Shown here piece by piece: positions 23,801 to 38,800 of a stretch of DNA of 64,000 nt (positions are counted from its first letter, which is position 1; each line of letters starts with the position of its first letter). The translations under genes were made by a program, and so were the position numbers. The stretch is from NCBI RefSeq assembly GCF_006345805.1, contig NC_043025.1, forward strand, positions 4,092,001-4,156,000, read 5' to 3'. This stretch comes from Octopus sinensis (taxonomy: Eukaryota). The notes below the pieces were generated by a model, which was given only the letters and a program-made list of their open reading frames with translations, was not told the DNA's origin and made no database searches.

Positions 23801-26800
23801 GTTGATGAATACACGAGAGGCGAGATGGGTAATGGATAAATTAGTTAAAATAATTAGATAGATATAGAAATTAGTTAAAAATAGTTAGATAGATAAGAAA
23901 GCATGTGTGATTGATGGGGAAGTGAAAATAAATAAATAAATAAGCATTCAACTTATCTGCTAGATGAATGAATGGATGAAAGAGCAGAAGTTTGGGGCTG
24001 CGTTTTTTAAGTAAAGATTGTCCGGAGGAAGAAGGCGCGAATACACGATGGTTGATGAATACACGAGAGGCGAGATGGGTAATGGATAAATTAGTTAAAA
24101 TAATTAGATAGATATAGAAATTAGTTAAAAATAGTTAGATAGATAAGAAAGCATGTGTGATTGATGGGGAAGTGAAAATAAATAAATAAATAAGCATTCA
24201 ACTTATCTGCTAGATGAATGAATGGATGAAAGAGCAGAAGTTTGGGGCTGCGTTTTTTAAGTAAAGATTGTCCGGAGGAAGAAGGCGCGAATACACGATG
24301 GTTGATGAATACACGAGAGGCGAGATGGGTAATGGATAAATTAGTTAAAATAATTAGATAGATATAGAAATTAGTTAAAAATAGTTAGATAGATAAGAAA
24401 GCATGTGTGATTGATGGGGAAGTGAAAATAAATAAATAAATAAGCATTCAACTTATCTGCTAGATGAATGAATGGATGAAAGAGCAGAAGTTTGGGGCTG
24501 CGTTTTTTAAGTAAAGATTGTCCGGAGGAAGAAGGCGCGAATACACGATGGTTGATGAATACACGAGAGGCGAGATGGGTAATGGATAAATTAGTTAAAA
24601 TAATTAGATAGATATAGAAATTAGTTAAAAATAGTTAGATAGATAAGAAAGCATGTGTGATTGATGGGGAAGTGAAAATAAATAAATAAATAAGCATTCA
24701 ACTTATCTGCTAGATGAATGAATGGATGAAAGAGCAGAAGTTTGGGGCTGCGTTTTTTAAGTAAAGATTGTCCGGAGGAAGAAGGCGCGAATACACGATG
24801 GTTGATGAATACACGAGAGGCGAGATGGGTAATGGATAAATTAGTTAAAATAATTAGATAGATATAGAAATTAGTTAAAAATAGTTAGATAGATAAGAAA
24901 GCATGTGTGATTGATGGGGAAGTGAAAATAAATAAATAAATAAGCATTCAACTTATCTGCTAGATGAATGAATGGATGAAAGAGCAGAAGTTTGGGGCTG
25001 CGTTTTTTAAGTAAAGATTGTCCGGAGGAAGAAGGCGCGAATACACGATGGTTGATGAATACACGAGAGGCGAGATGGGTAATGGATAAATTAGTTAAAA
25101 TAATTAGATAGATATAGAAATTAGTTAAAAATAGTTAGATAGATAAGAAAGCATGTGTGATTGATGGGGAAGTGAAAATAAATAAATAAATAAGCATTCA
25201 ACTTATCTGCTAGATGAATGAATGGATGAAAGAGCAGAAGTTTGGGGCTGCGTTTTTTAAGTAAAGATTGTCCGGAGGAAGAAGGCGCGAATACACGATG
25301 GTTGATGAATACACGAGAGGCGAGATGGGTAATGGATAAATTAGTTAAAATAATTAGATAGATATAGAAATTAGTTAAAAATAGTTAGATAGATAAGAAA
25401 GCATGTGTGATTGATGGGGAAGTGAAAATAAATAAATAAATAAGCATTCAACTTATCTGCTAGATGAATGAATGGATGAAAGAGCAGAAGTTTGGGGCTG
25501 CGTTTTTTAAGTAAAGATTGTCCGGAGGAAGAAGGCGCGAATACACGATGGTTGATGAATACACGAGAGGCGAGATGGGTAATGGATAAATTAGTTAAAA
25601 TAATTAGATAGATATAGAAATTAGTTAAAAATAGTTAGATAGATAAGAAAGCATGTGTGATTGATGGGGAAGTGAAAATAAATAAATAAATAAGCATTCA
25701 ACTTATCTGCTAGATGAATGAATGGATGAAAGAGCAGAAGTTTGGGGCTGCGTTTTTTAAGTAAAGATTGTCCGGAGGAAGAAGGCGCGAATACACGATG
25801 GTTGATGAATACACGAGAGGCGAGATGGGTAATGGATAAATTAGTTAAAATAATTAGATAGATATAGAAATTAGTTAAAAATAGTTAGATAGATAAGAAA
25901 GCATGTGTGATTGATGGGGAAGTGAAAATAAATAAATAAATAAGCATTCAACTTATCTGCTAGATGAATGAATGGATGAAAGAGCAGAAGTTTGGGGCTG
26001 CGTTTTTTAAGTAAAGATTGTCCGGAGGAAGAAGGCGCGAATACACGATGGTTGATGAATACACGAGAGGCGAGATGGGTAATGGATAAATTAGTTAAAA
26101 TAATTAGATAGATATAGAAATTAGTTAAAAATAGTTAGATAGATAAGAAAGCATGTGTGATTGATGGGGAAGTGAAAATAAATAAATAAATAAGCATTCA
26201 ACTTATCTGCTAGATGAATGAATGGATGAAAGAGCAGAAGTTTGGGGCTGCGTTTTTTAAGTAAAGATTGTCCGGAGGAAGAAGGCGCGAATACACGATG
26301 GTTGATGAATACACGAGAGGCGAGATGGGTAATGGATAAATTAGTTAAAATAATTAGATAGATATAGAAATTAGTTAAAAATAGTTAGATAGATAAGAAA
26401 GCATGTGTGATTGATGGGGAAGTGAAAATAAATAAATAAATAAGCATTCAACTTATCTGCTAGATGAATGAATGGATGAAAGAGCAGAAGTTTGGGGCTG
26501 CGTTTTTTAAGTAAAGATTGTCCGGAGGAAGAAGGCGCGAATACACGATGGTTGATGAATACACGAGAGGCGAGATGGGTAATGGATAAATTAGTTAAAA
26601 TAATTAGATAGATATAGAAATTAGTTAAAAATAGTTAGATAGATAAGAAAGCATGTGTGATTGATGGGGAAGTGAAAATAAATAAATAAATAAGCATTCA
26701 ACTTATCTGCTAGATGAATGAATGGATGAAAGAGCAGAAGTTTGGGGCTGCGTTTTTTAAGTAAAGATTGTCCGGAGGAAGAAGGCGCGAATACACGATG

Positions 26801-29800
26801 GTTGATGAATACACGAGAGGCGAGATGGGTAATGGATAAATTAGTTAAAATAATTAGATAGATATAGAAATTAGTTAAAAATAGTTAGATAGATAAGAAA
26901 GCATGTGTGATTGATGGGGAAGTGAAAATAAATAAATAAATAAGCATTCAACTTATCTGCTAGATGAATGAATGGATGAAAGAGCAGAAGTTTGGGGCTG
27001 CGTTTTTTAAGTAAAGATTGTCCGGAGGAAGAAGGCGCGAATACACGATGGTTGATGAATACACGAGAGGCGAGATGGGTAATGGATAAATTAGTTAAAA
27101 TAATTAGATAGATATAGAAATTAGTTAAAAATAGTTAGATAGATAAGAAAGCATGTGTGATTGATGGGGAAGTGAAAATAAATAAATAAATAAGCATTCA
27201 ACTTATCTGCTAGATGAATGAATGGATGAAAGAGCAGAAGTTTGGGGCTGCGTTTTTTAAGTAAAGATTGTCCGGAGGAAGAAGGCGCGAATACACGATG
27301 GTTGATGAATACACGAGAGGCGAGATGGGTAATGGATAAATTAGTTAAAATAATTAGATAGATATAGAAATTAGTTAAAAATAGTTAGATAGATAAGAAA
27401 GCATGTGTGATTGATGGGGAAGTGAAAATAAATAAATAAGCATTCAACTTATCTGCTAGATGAATGAATGGATGAAAGAGCAGAAGTTTGGGGCTGCGTT
27501 TTTTAAGTAAAGATTGTCCGGAGGAAGAAGGCGCGAATACACGATGGTTGATGAATACACGAGAGGCGAGATGGGTAATGGATAAATTAGTTAAAATAAT
27601 TAGATAGATATAGAAATTAGTTAAAAATAGTTAGATAGATAAGAAAGCATGTGTGATTGATGGGGAAGTGAAAATAAATAAATAAATAAGCATTCAACTT
27701 ATCTGCTAGATGAATGAATGGATGAAAGAGCAGAAGTTTGGGGCTGCGTTTTTTAAGTAAAGATTGTCCGGAGGAAGAAGGCGCGAATACACGATGGTTG
27801 ATGAATACACGAGAGGCGAGATGGGTAATGGATAAATTAGTTAAAATAATTAGATAGATATAGAAATTAGTTAAAAATAGTTAGATAGATAAGAAAGCAT
27901 GTGTGATTGATGGGGAAGTGAAAATAAATAAATAAATAAGCATTCAACTTATCTGCTAGATGAATGAATGGATGAAAGAGCAGAAGTTTGGGGCTGCGTT
28001 TTTTAAGTAAAGATTGTCCGGAGGAAGAAGGCGCGAATACACGATGGTTGATGAATACACGAGAGGCGAGATGGGTAATGGATAAATTAGTTAAAATAAT
28101 TAGATAGATATAGAAATTAGTTAAAAATAGTTAGATAGATAAGAAAGCATGTGTGATTGATGGGGAAGTGAAAATAAATAAATAAATAAGCATTCAACTT
28201 ATCTGCTAGATGAATGAATGGATGAAAGAGCAGAAGTTTGGGGCTGCGTTTTTTAAGTAAAGATTGTCCGGAGGAAGAAGGCGCGAATACACGATGGTTG
28301 ATGAATACACGAGAGGCGAGATGGGTAATGGATAAATTAGTTAAAATAATTAGATAGATATAGAAATTAGTTAAAAATAGTTAGATAGATAAGAAAGCAT
28401 GTGTGATTGATGGGGAAGTGAAAATAAATAAATAAATAAGCATTCAACTTATCTGCTAGATGAATGAATGGATGAAAGAGCAGAAGTTTGGGGCTGCGTT
28501 TTTTAAGTAAAGATTGTCCGGAGGAAGAAGGCGCGAATACACGATGGTTGATGAATACACGAGAGGCGAGATGGGTAATGGATAAATTAGTTAAAATAAT
28601 TAGATAGATATAGAAATTAGTTAAAAATAGTTAGATAGATAAGAAAGCATGTGTGATTGATGGGGAAGTGAAAATAAATAAATAAATAAGCATTCAACTT
28701 ATCTGCTAGATGAATGAATGGATGAAAGAGCAGAAGTTTGGGGCTGCGTTTTTTAAGTAAAGATTGTCCGGAGGAAGAAGGCGCGAATACACGATGGTTG
28801 ATGAATACACGAGAGGCGAGATGGGTAATGGATAAATTAGTTAAAATAATTAGATAGATATAGAAATTAGTTAAAAATAGTTAGATAGATAAGAAAGCAT
28901 GTGTGATTGATGGGGAAGTGAAAATAAATAAATAAATAAGCATTCAACTTATCTGCTAGATGAATGAATGGATGAAAGAGCAGAAGTTTGGGGCTGCGTT
29001 TTTTAAGTAAAGATTGTCCGGAGGAAGAAGGCGCGAATACACGATGGTTGATGAATACACGAGAGGCGAGATGGGTAATGGATAAATTAGTTAAAATAAT
29101 TAGATAGATATAGAAATTAGTTAAAAATAGTTAGATAGATAAGAAAGCATGTGTGATTGATGGGGAAGTGAAAATAAATAAATAAATAAGCATTCAACTT
29201 ATCTGCTAGATGAATGAATGGATGAAAGAGCAGAAGTTTGGGGCTGCGTTTTTTAAGTAAAGATTGTCCGGAGGAAGAAGGCGCGAATACACGATGGTTG
29301 ATGAATACACGAGAGGCGAGATGGGTAATGGATAAATTAGTTAAAATAATTAGATAGATATAGAAATTAGTTAAAAATAGTTAGATAGATAAGAAAGCAT
29401 GTGTGATTGATGGGGAAGTGAAAATAAATAAATAAATAAGCATTCAACTTATCTGCTAGATGAATGAATGGATGAAAGAGCAGAAGTTTGGGGCTGCGTT
29501 TTTTAAGTAAAGATTGTCCGGAGGAAGAAGGCGCGAATACACGATGGTTGATGAATACACGAGAGGCGAGATGGGTAATGGATAAATTAGTTAAAATAAT
29601 TAGATAGATATAGAAATTAGTTAAAAATAGTTAGATAGATAAGAAAGCATGTGTGATTGATGGGGAAGTGAAAATAAATAAATAAATAAGCATTCAACTT
29701 ATCTGCTAGATGAATGAATGGATGAAAGAGCAGAAGTTTGGGGCTGCGTTTTTTAAGTAAAGATTGTCCGGAGGAAGAAGGCGCGAATACACGATGGTTG

Positions 29801-32800
29801 ATGAATACACGAGAGGCGAGATGGGTAATGGATAAATTAGTTAAAATAATTAGATAGATATAGAAATTAGTTAAAAATAGTTAGATAGATAAGAAAGCAT
29901 GTGTGATTGATGGGGAAGTGAAAATAAATAAATAAATAAGCATTCAACTTATCTGCTAGATGAATGAATGGATGAAAGAGCAGAAGTTTGGGGCTGCGTT
30001 TTTTAAGTAAAGATTGTCCGGAGGAAGAAGGCGCGAATACACGATGGTTGATGAATACACGAGAGGCGAGATGGGTAATGGATAAATTAGTTAAAATAAT
30101 TAGATAGATATAGAAATTAGTTAAAAATAGTTAGATAGATAAGAAAGCATGTGTGATTGATGGGGAAGTGAAAATAAATAAATAAATAAGCATTCAACTT
30201 ATCTGCTAGATGAATGAATGGATGAAAGAGCAGAAGTTTGGGGCTGCGTTTTTTAAGTAAAGATTGTCCGGAGGAAGAAGGCGCGAATACACGATGGTTG
30301 ATGAATACACGAGAGGCGAGATGGGTAATGGATAAATTAGTTAAAATAATTAGATAGATATAGAAATTAGTTAAAAATAGTTAGATAGATAAGAAAGCAT
30401 GTGTGATTGATGGGGAAGTGAAAATAAATAAATAAATAAGCATTCAACTTATCTGCTAGATGAATGAATGGATGAAAGAGCAGAAGTTTGGGGCTGCGTT
30501 TTTTAAGTAAAGATTGTCCGGAGGAAGAAGGCGCGAATACACGATGGTTGATGAATACACGAGAGGCGAGATGGGTAATGGATAAATTAGTTAAAATAAT
30601 TAGATAGATATAGAAATTAGTTAAAAATAGTTAGATAGATAAGAAAGCATGTGTGATTGATGGGGAAGTGAAAATAAATAAATAAATAAGCATTCAACTT
30701 ATCTGCTAGATGAATGAATGGATGAAAGAGCAGAAGTTTGGGGCTGCGTTTTTTAAGTAAAGATTGTCCGGAGGAAGAAGGCGCGAATACACGATGGTTG
30801 ATGAATACACGAGAGGCGAGATGGGTAATGGATAAATTAGTTAAAATAATTAGATAGATATAGAAATTAGTTAAAAATAGTTAGATAGATAAGAAAGCAT
30901 GTGTGATTGATGGGGAAGTGAAAATAAATAAATAAATAAGCATTCAACTTATCTGCTAGATGAATGAATGGATGAAAGAGCAGAAGTTTGGGGCTGCGTT
31001 TTTTAAGTAAAGATTGTCCGGAGGAAGAAGGCGCGAATACACGATGGTTGATGAATACACGAGAGGCGAGATGGGTAATGGATAAATTAGTTAAAATAAT
31101 TAGATAGATATAGAAATTAGTTAAAAATAGTTAGATAGATAAGAAAGCATGTGTGATTGATGGGGAAGTGAAAATAAATAAATAAATAAGCATTCAACTT
31201 ATCTGCTAGATGAATGAATGGATGAAAGAGCAGAAGTTTGGGGCTGCGTTTTTTAAGTAAAGATTGTCCGGAGGAAGAAGGCGCGAATACACGATGGTTG
31301 ATGAATACACGAGAGGCGAGATGGGTAATGGATAAATTAGTTAAAATAATTAGATAGATATAGAAATTAGTTAAAAATAGTTAGATAGATAAGAAAGCAT
31401 GTGTGATTGATGGGGAAGTGAAAATAAATAAATAAATAAGCATTCAACTTATCTGCTAGATGAATGAATGGATGAAAGAGCAGAAGTTTGGGGCTGCGTT
31501 TTTTAAGTAAAGATTGTCCGGAGGAAGAAGGCGCGAATACACGATGGTTGATGAATACACGAGAGGCGAGATGGGTAATGGATAAATTAGTTAAAATAAT
31601 TAGATAGATATAGAAATTAGTTAAAAATAGTTAGATAGATAAGAAAGCATGTGTGATTGATGGGGAAGTGAAAATAAATAAATAAATAAGCATTCAACTT
31701 ATCTGCTAGATGAATGAATGGATGAAAGAGCAGAAGTTTGGGGCTGCGTTTTTTAAGTAAAGATTGTCCGGAGGAAGAAGGCGCGAATACACGATGGTTG
31801 ATGAATACACGAGAGGCGAGATGGGTAATGGATAAATTAGTTAAAATAATTAGATAGATATAGAAATTAGTTAAAAATAGTTAGATAGATAAGAAAGCAT
31901 GTGTGATTGATGGGGAAGTGAAAATAAATAAATAAATAAGCATTCAACTTATCTGCTAGATGAATGAATGGATGAAAGAGCAGAAGTTTGGGGCTGCGTT
32001 TTTTAAGTAAAGATTGTCCGGAGGAAGAAGGCGCGAATACACGATGGTTGATGAATACACGAGAGGCGAGATGGGTAATGGATAAATTAGTTAAAATAAT
32101 TAGATAGATATAGAAATTAGTTAAAAATAGTTAGATAGATAAGAAAGCATGTGTGATTGATGGGGAAGTGAAAATAAATAAATAAATAAGCATTCAACTT
32201 ATCTGCTAGATGAATGAATGGATGAAAGAGCAGAAGTTTGGGGCTGCGTTTTTTAAGTAAAGATTGTCCGGAGGAAGAAGGCGCGAATACACGATGGTTG
32301 ATGAATACACGAGAGGCGAGATGGGTAATGGATAAATTAGTTAAAATAATTAGATAGATATAGAAATTAGTTAAAAATAGTTAGATAGATAAGAAAGCAT
32401 GTGTGATTGATGGGGAAGTGAAAATAAATAAATAAATAAGCATTCAACTTATCTGCTAGATGAATGAATGGATGAAAGAGCAGAAGTTTGGGGCTGCGTT
32501 TTTTAAGTAAAGATTGTCCGGAGGAAGAAGGCGCGAATACACGATGGTTGATGAATACACGAGAGGCGAGATGGGTAATGGATAAATTAGTTAAAATAAT
32601 TAGATAGATATAGAAATTAGTTAAAAATAGTTAGATAGATAAGAAAGCATGTGTGATTGATGGGGAAGTGAAAATAAATAAATAAATAAGCATTCAACTT
32701 ATCTGCTAGATGAATGAATGGATGAAAGAGCAGAAGTTTGGGGCTGCGTTTTTTAAGTAAAGATTGTCCGGAGGAAGAAGGCGCGAATACACGATGGTTG

Positions 32801-35800
32801 ATGAATACACGAGAGGCGAGATGGGTAATGGATAAATTAGTTAAAATAATTAGATAGATATAGAAATTAGTTAAAAATAGTTAGATAGATAAGAAAGCAT
32901 GTGTGATTGATGGGGAAGTGAAAATAAATAAATAAATAAGCATTCAACTTATCTGCTAGATGAATGAATGGATGAAAGAGCAGAAGTTTGGGGCTGCGTT
33001 TTTTAAGTAAAGATTGTCCGGAGGAAGAAGGCGCGAATACACGATGGTTGATGAATACACGAGAGGCGAGATGGGTAATGGATAAATTAGTTAAAATAAT
33101 TAGATAGATATAGAAATTAGTTAAAAATAGTTAGATAGATAAGAAAGCATGTGTGATTGATGGGGAAGTGAAAATAAATAAATAAATAAGCATTCAACTT
33201 ATCTGCTAGATGAATGAATGGATGAAAGAGCAGAAGTTTGGGGCTGCGTTTTTTAAGTAAAGATTGTCCGGAGGAAGAAGGCGCGAATACACGATGGTTG
33301 ATGAATACACGAGAGGCGAGATGGGTAATGGATAAATTAGTTAAAATAATTAGATAGATATAGAAATTAGTTAAAAATAGTTAGATAGATAAGAAAGCAT
33401 GTGTGATTGATGGGGAAGTGAAAATAAATAAATAAATAAGCATTCAACTTATCTGCTAGATGAATGAATGGATGAAAGAGCAGAAGTTTGGGGCTGCGTT
33501 TTTTAAGTAAAGATTGTCCGGAGGAAGAAGGCGCGAATACACGATGGTTGATGAATACACGAGAGGCGAGATGGGTAATGGATAAATTAGTTAAAATAAT
33601 TAGATAGATATAGAAATTAGTTAAAAATAGTTAGATAGATAAGAAAGCATGTGTGATTGATGGGGAAGTGAAAATAAATAAATAAATAAGCATTCAACTT
33701 ATCTGCTAGATGAATGAATGGATGAAAGAGCAGAAGTTTGGGGCTGCGTTTTTTAAGTAAAGATTGTCCGGAGGAAGAAGGCGCGAATACACGATGGTTG
33801 ATGAATACACGAGAGGCGAGATGGGTAATGGATAAATTAGTTAAAATAATTAGATAGATATAGAAATTAGTTAAAAATAGTTAGATAGATAAGAAAGCAT
33901 GTGTGATTGATGGGGAAGTGAAAATAAATAAATAAATAAGCATTCAACTTATCTGCTAGATGAATGAATGGATGAAAGAGCAGAAGTTTGGGGCTGCGTT
34001 TTTTAAGTAAAGATTGTCCGGAGGAAGAAGGCGCGAATACACGATGGTTGATGAATACACGAGAGGCGAGATGGGTAATGGATAAATTAGTTAAAATAAT
34101 TAGATAGATATAGAAATTAGTTAAAAATAGTTAGATAGATAAGAAAGCATGTGTGATTGATGGGGAAGTGAAAATAAATAAATAAATAAGCATTCAACTT
34201 ATCTGCTAGATGAATGAATGGATGAAAGAGCAGAAGTTTGGGGCTGCGTTTTTTAAGTAAAGATTGTCCGGAGGAAGAAGGCGCGAATACACGATGGTTG
34301 ATGAATACACGAGAGGCGAGATGGGTAATGGATAAATTAGTTAAAATAATTAGATAGATATAGAAATTAGTTAAAAATAGTTAGATAGATAAGAAAGCAT
34401 GTGTGATTGATGGGGAAGTGAAAATAAATAAATAAATAAGCATTCAACTTATCTGCTAGATGAATGAATGGATGAAAGAGCAGAAGTTTGGGGCTGCGTT
34501 TTTTAAGTAAAGATTGTCCGGAGGAAGAAGGCGCGAATACACGATGGTTGATGAATACACGAGAGGCGAGATGGGTAATGGATAAATTAGTTAAAATAAT
34601 TAGATAGATATAGAAATTAGTTAAAAATAGTTAGATAGATAAGAAAGCATGTGTGATTGATGGGGAAGTGAAAATAAATAAATAAATAAGCATTCAACTT
34701 ATCTGCTAGATGAATGAATGGATGAAAGAGCAGAAGTTTGGGGCTGCGTTTTTTAAGTAAAGATTGTCCGGAGGAAGAAGGCGCGAATACACGATGGTTG
34801 ATGAATACACGAGAGGCGAGATGGGTAATGGATAAATTAGTTAAAATAATTAGATAGATATAGAAATTAGTTAAAAATAGTTAGATAGATAAGAAAGCAT
34901 GTGTGATTGATGGGGAAGTGAAAATAAATAAATAAATAAGCATTCAACTTATCTGCTAGATGAATGAATGGATGAAAGAGCAGAAGTTTGGGGCTGCGTT
35001 TTTTAAGTAAAGATTGTCCGGAGGAAGAAGGCGCGAATACACGATGGTTGATGAATACACGAGAGGCGAGATGGGTAATGGATAAATTAGTTAAAATAAT
35101 TAGATAGATATAGAAATTAGTTAAAAATAGTTAGATAGATAAGAAAGCATGTGTGATTGATGGGGAAGTGAAAATAAATAAATAAATAAGCATTCAACTT
35201 ATCTGCTAGATGAATGAATGGATGAAAGAGCAGAAGTTTGGGGCTGCGTTTTTTAAGTAAAGATTGTCCGGAGGAAGAAGGCGCGAATACACGATGGTTG
35301 ATGAATACACGAGAGGCGAGATGGGTAATGGATAAATTAGTTAAAATAATTAGATAGATATAGAAATTAGTTAAAAATAGTTAGATAGATAAGAAAGCAT
35401 GTGTGATTGATGGGGAAGTGAAAATAAATAAATAAATAAGCATTCAACTTATCTGCTAGATGAATGAATGGATGAAAGAGCAGAAGTTTGGGGCTGCGTT
35501 TTTTAAGTAAAGATTGTCCGGAGGAAGAAGGCGCGAATACACGATGGTTGATGAATACACGAGAGGCGAGATGGGTAATGGATAAATTAGTTAAAATAAT
35601 TAGATAGATATAGAAATTAGTTAAAAATAGTTAGATAGATAAGAAAGCATGTGTGATTGATGGGGAAGTGAAAATAAATAAATAAATAAGCATTCAACTT
35701 ATCTGCTAGATGAATGAATGGATGAAAGAGCAGAAGTTTGGGGCTGCGTTTTTTAAGTAAAGATTGTCCGGAGGAAGAAGGCGCGAATACACGATGGTTG

Positions 35801-38800
35801 ATGAATACACGAGAGGCGAGATGGGTAATGGATAAATTAGTTAAAATAATTAGATAGATATAGAAATTAGTTAAAAATAGTTAGATAGATAAGAAAGCAT
35901 GTGTGATTGATGGGGAAGTGAAAATAAATAAATAAATAAGCATTCAACTTATCTGCTAGATGAATGAATGGATGAAAGAGCAGAAGTTTGGGGCTGCGTT
36001 TTTTAAGTAAAGATTGTCCGGAGGAAGAAGGCGCGAATACACGATGGTTGATGAATACACGAGAGGCGAGATGGGTAATGGATAAATTAGTTAAAATAAT
36101 TAGATAGATATAGAAATTAGTTAAAAATAGTTAGATAGATAAGAAAGCATGTGTGATTGATGGGGAAGTGAAAATAAATAAATAAATAAGCATTCAACTT
36201 ATCTGCTAGATGAATGAATGGATGAAAGAGCAGAAGTTTGGGGCTGCGTTTTTTAAGTAAAGATTGTCCGGAGGAAGAAGGCGCGAATACACGATGGTTG
36301 ATGAATACACGAGAGGCGAGATGGGTAATGGATAAATTAGTTAAAATAATTAGATAGATATAGAAATTAGTTAAAAATAGTTAGATAGATAAGAAAGCAT
36401 GTGTGATTGATGGGGAAGTGAAAATAAATAAATAAATAAGCATTCAACTTATCTGCTAGATGAATGAATGGATGAAAGAGCAGAAGTTTGGGGCTGCGTT
36501 TTTTAAGTAAAGATTGTCCGGAGGAAGAAGGCGCGAATACACGATGGTTGATGAATACACGAGAGGCGAGATGGGTAATGGATAAATTAGTTAAAATAAT
36601 TAGATAGATATAGAAATTAGTTAAAAATAGTTAGATAGATAAGAAAGCATGTGTGATTGATGGGGAAGTGAAAATAAATAAATAAATAAGCATTCAACTT
36701 ATCTGCTAGATGAATGAATGGATGAAAGAGCAGAAGTTTGGGGCTGCGTTTTTTAAGTAAAGATTGTCCGGAGGAAGAAGGCGCGAATACACGATGGTTG
36801 ATGAATACACGAGAGGCGAGATGGGTAATGGATAAATTAGTTAAAATAATTAGATAGATATAGAAATTAGTTAAAAATAGTTAGATAGATAAGAAAGCAT
36901 GTGTGATTGATGGGGAAGTGAAAATAAATAAATAAATAAGCATTCAACTTATCTGCTAGATGAATGAATGGATGAAAGAGCAGAAGTTTGGGGCTGCGTT
37001 TTTTAAGTAAAGATTGTCCGGAGGAAGAAGGCGCGAATACACGATGGTTGATGAATACACGAGAGGCGAGATGGGTAATGGATAAATTAGTTAAAATAAT
37101 TAGATAGATATAGAAATTAGTTAAAAATAGTTAGATAGATAAGAAAGCATGTGTGATTGATGGGGAAGTGAAAATAAATAAATAAATAAGCATTCAACTT
37201 ATCTGCTAGATGAATGAATGGATGAAAGAGCAGAAGTTTGGGGCTGCGTTTTTTAAGTAAAGATTGTCCGGAGGAAGAAGGCGCGAATACACGATGGTTG
37301 ATGAATACACGAGAGGCGAGATGGGTAATGGATAAATTAGTTAAAATAATTAGATAGATATAGAAATTAGTTAAAAATAGTTAGATAGATAAGAAAGCAT
37401 GTGTGATTGATGGGGAAGTGAAAATAAATAAATAAATAAGCATTCAACTTATCTGCTAGATGAATGAATGGATGAAAGAGCAGAAGTTTGGGGCTGCGTT
37501 TTTTAAGTAAAGATTGTCCGGAGGAAGAAGGCGCGAATACACGATGGTTGATGAATACACGAGAGGCGAGATGGGTAATGGATAAATTAGTTAAAATAAT
37601 TAGATAGATATAGAAATTAGTTAAAAATAGTTAGATAGATAAGAAAGCATGTGTGATTGATGGGGAAGTGAAAATAAATAAATAAATAAGCATTCAACTT
37701 ATCTGCTAGATGAATGAATGGATGAAAGAGCAGAAGTTTGGGGCTGCGTTTTTTAAGTAAAGATTGTCCGGAGGAAGAAGGCGCGAATACACGATGGTTG
37801 ATGAATACACGAGAGGCGAGATGGGTAATGGATAAATTAGTTAAAATAATTAGATAGATATAGAAATTAGTTAAAAATAGTTAGATAGATAAGAAAGCAT
37901 GTGTGATTGATGGGGAAGTGAAAATAAATAAATAAATAAGCATTCAACTTATCTGCTAGATGAATGAATGGATGAAAGAGCAGAAGTTTGGGGCTGCGTT
38001 TTTTAAGTAAAGATTGTCCGGAGGAAGAAGGCGCGAATACACGATGGTTGATGAATACACGAGAGGCGAGATGGGTAATGGATAAATTAGTTAAAATAAT
38101 TAGATAGATATAGAAATTAGTTAAAAATAGTTAGATAGATAAGAAAGCATGTGTGATTGATGGGGAAGTGAAAATAAATAAATAAATAAGCATTCAACTT
38201 ATCTGCTAGATGAATGAATGGATGAAAGAGCAGAAGTTTGGGGCTGCGTTTTTTAAGTAAAGATTGTCCGGAGGAAGAAGGCGCGAATACACGATGGTTG
38301 ATGAATACACGAGAGGCGAGATGGGTAATGGATAAATTAGTTAAAATAATTAGATAGATATAGAAATTAGTTAAAAATAGTTAGATAGATAAGAAAGCAT
38401 GTGTGATTGATGGGGAAGTGAAAATAAATAAATAAATAAGCATTCAACTTATCTGCTAGATGAATGAATGGATGAAAGAGCAGAAGTTTGGGGCTGCGTT
38501 TTTTAAGTAAAGATTGTCCGGAGGAAGAAGGCGCGAATACACGATGGTTGATGAATACACGAGAGGCGAGATGGGTAATGGATAAATTAGTTAAAATAAT
38601 TAGATAGATATAGAAATTAGTTAAAAATAGTTAGATAGATAAGAAAGCATGTGTGATTGATGGGGAAGTGAAAATAAATAAATAAATAAGCATTCAACTT
38701 ATCTGCTAGATGAATGAATGGATGAAAGAGCAGAAGTTTGGGGCTGCGTTTTTTAAGTAAAGATTGTCCGGAGGAAGAAGGCGCGAATACACGATGGTTG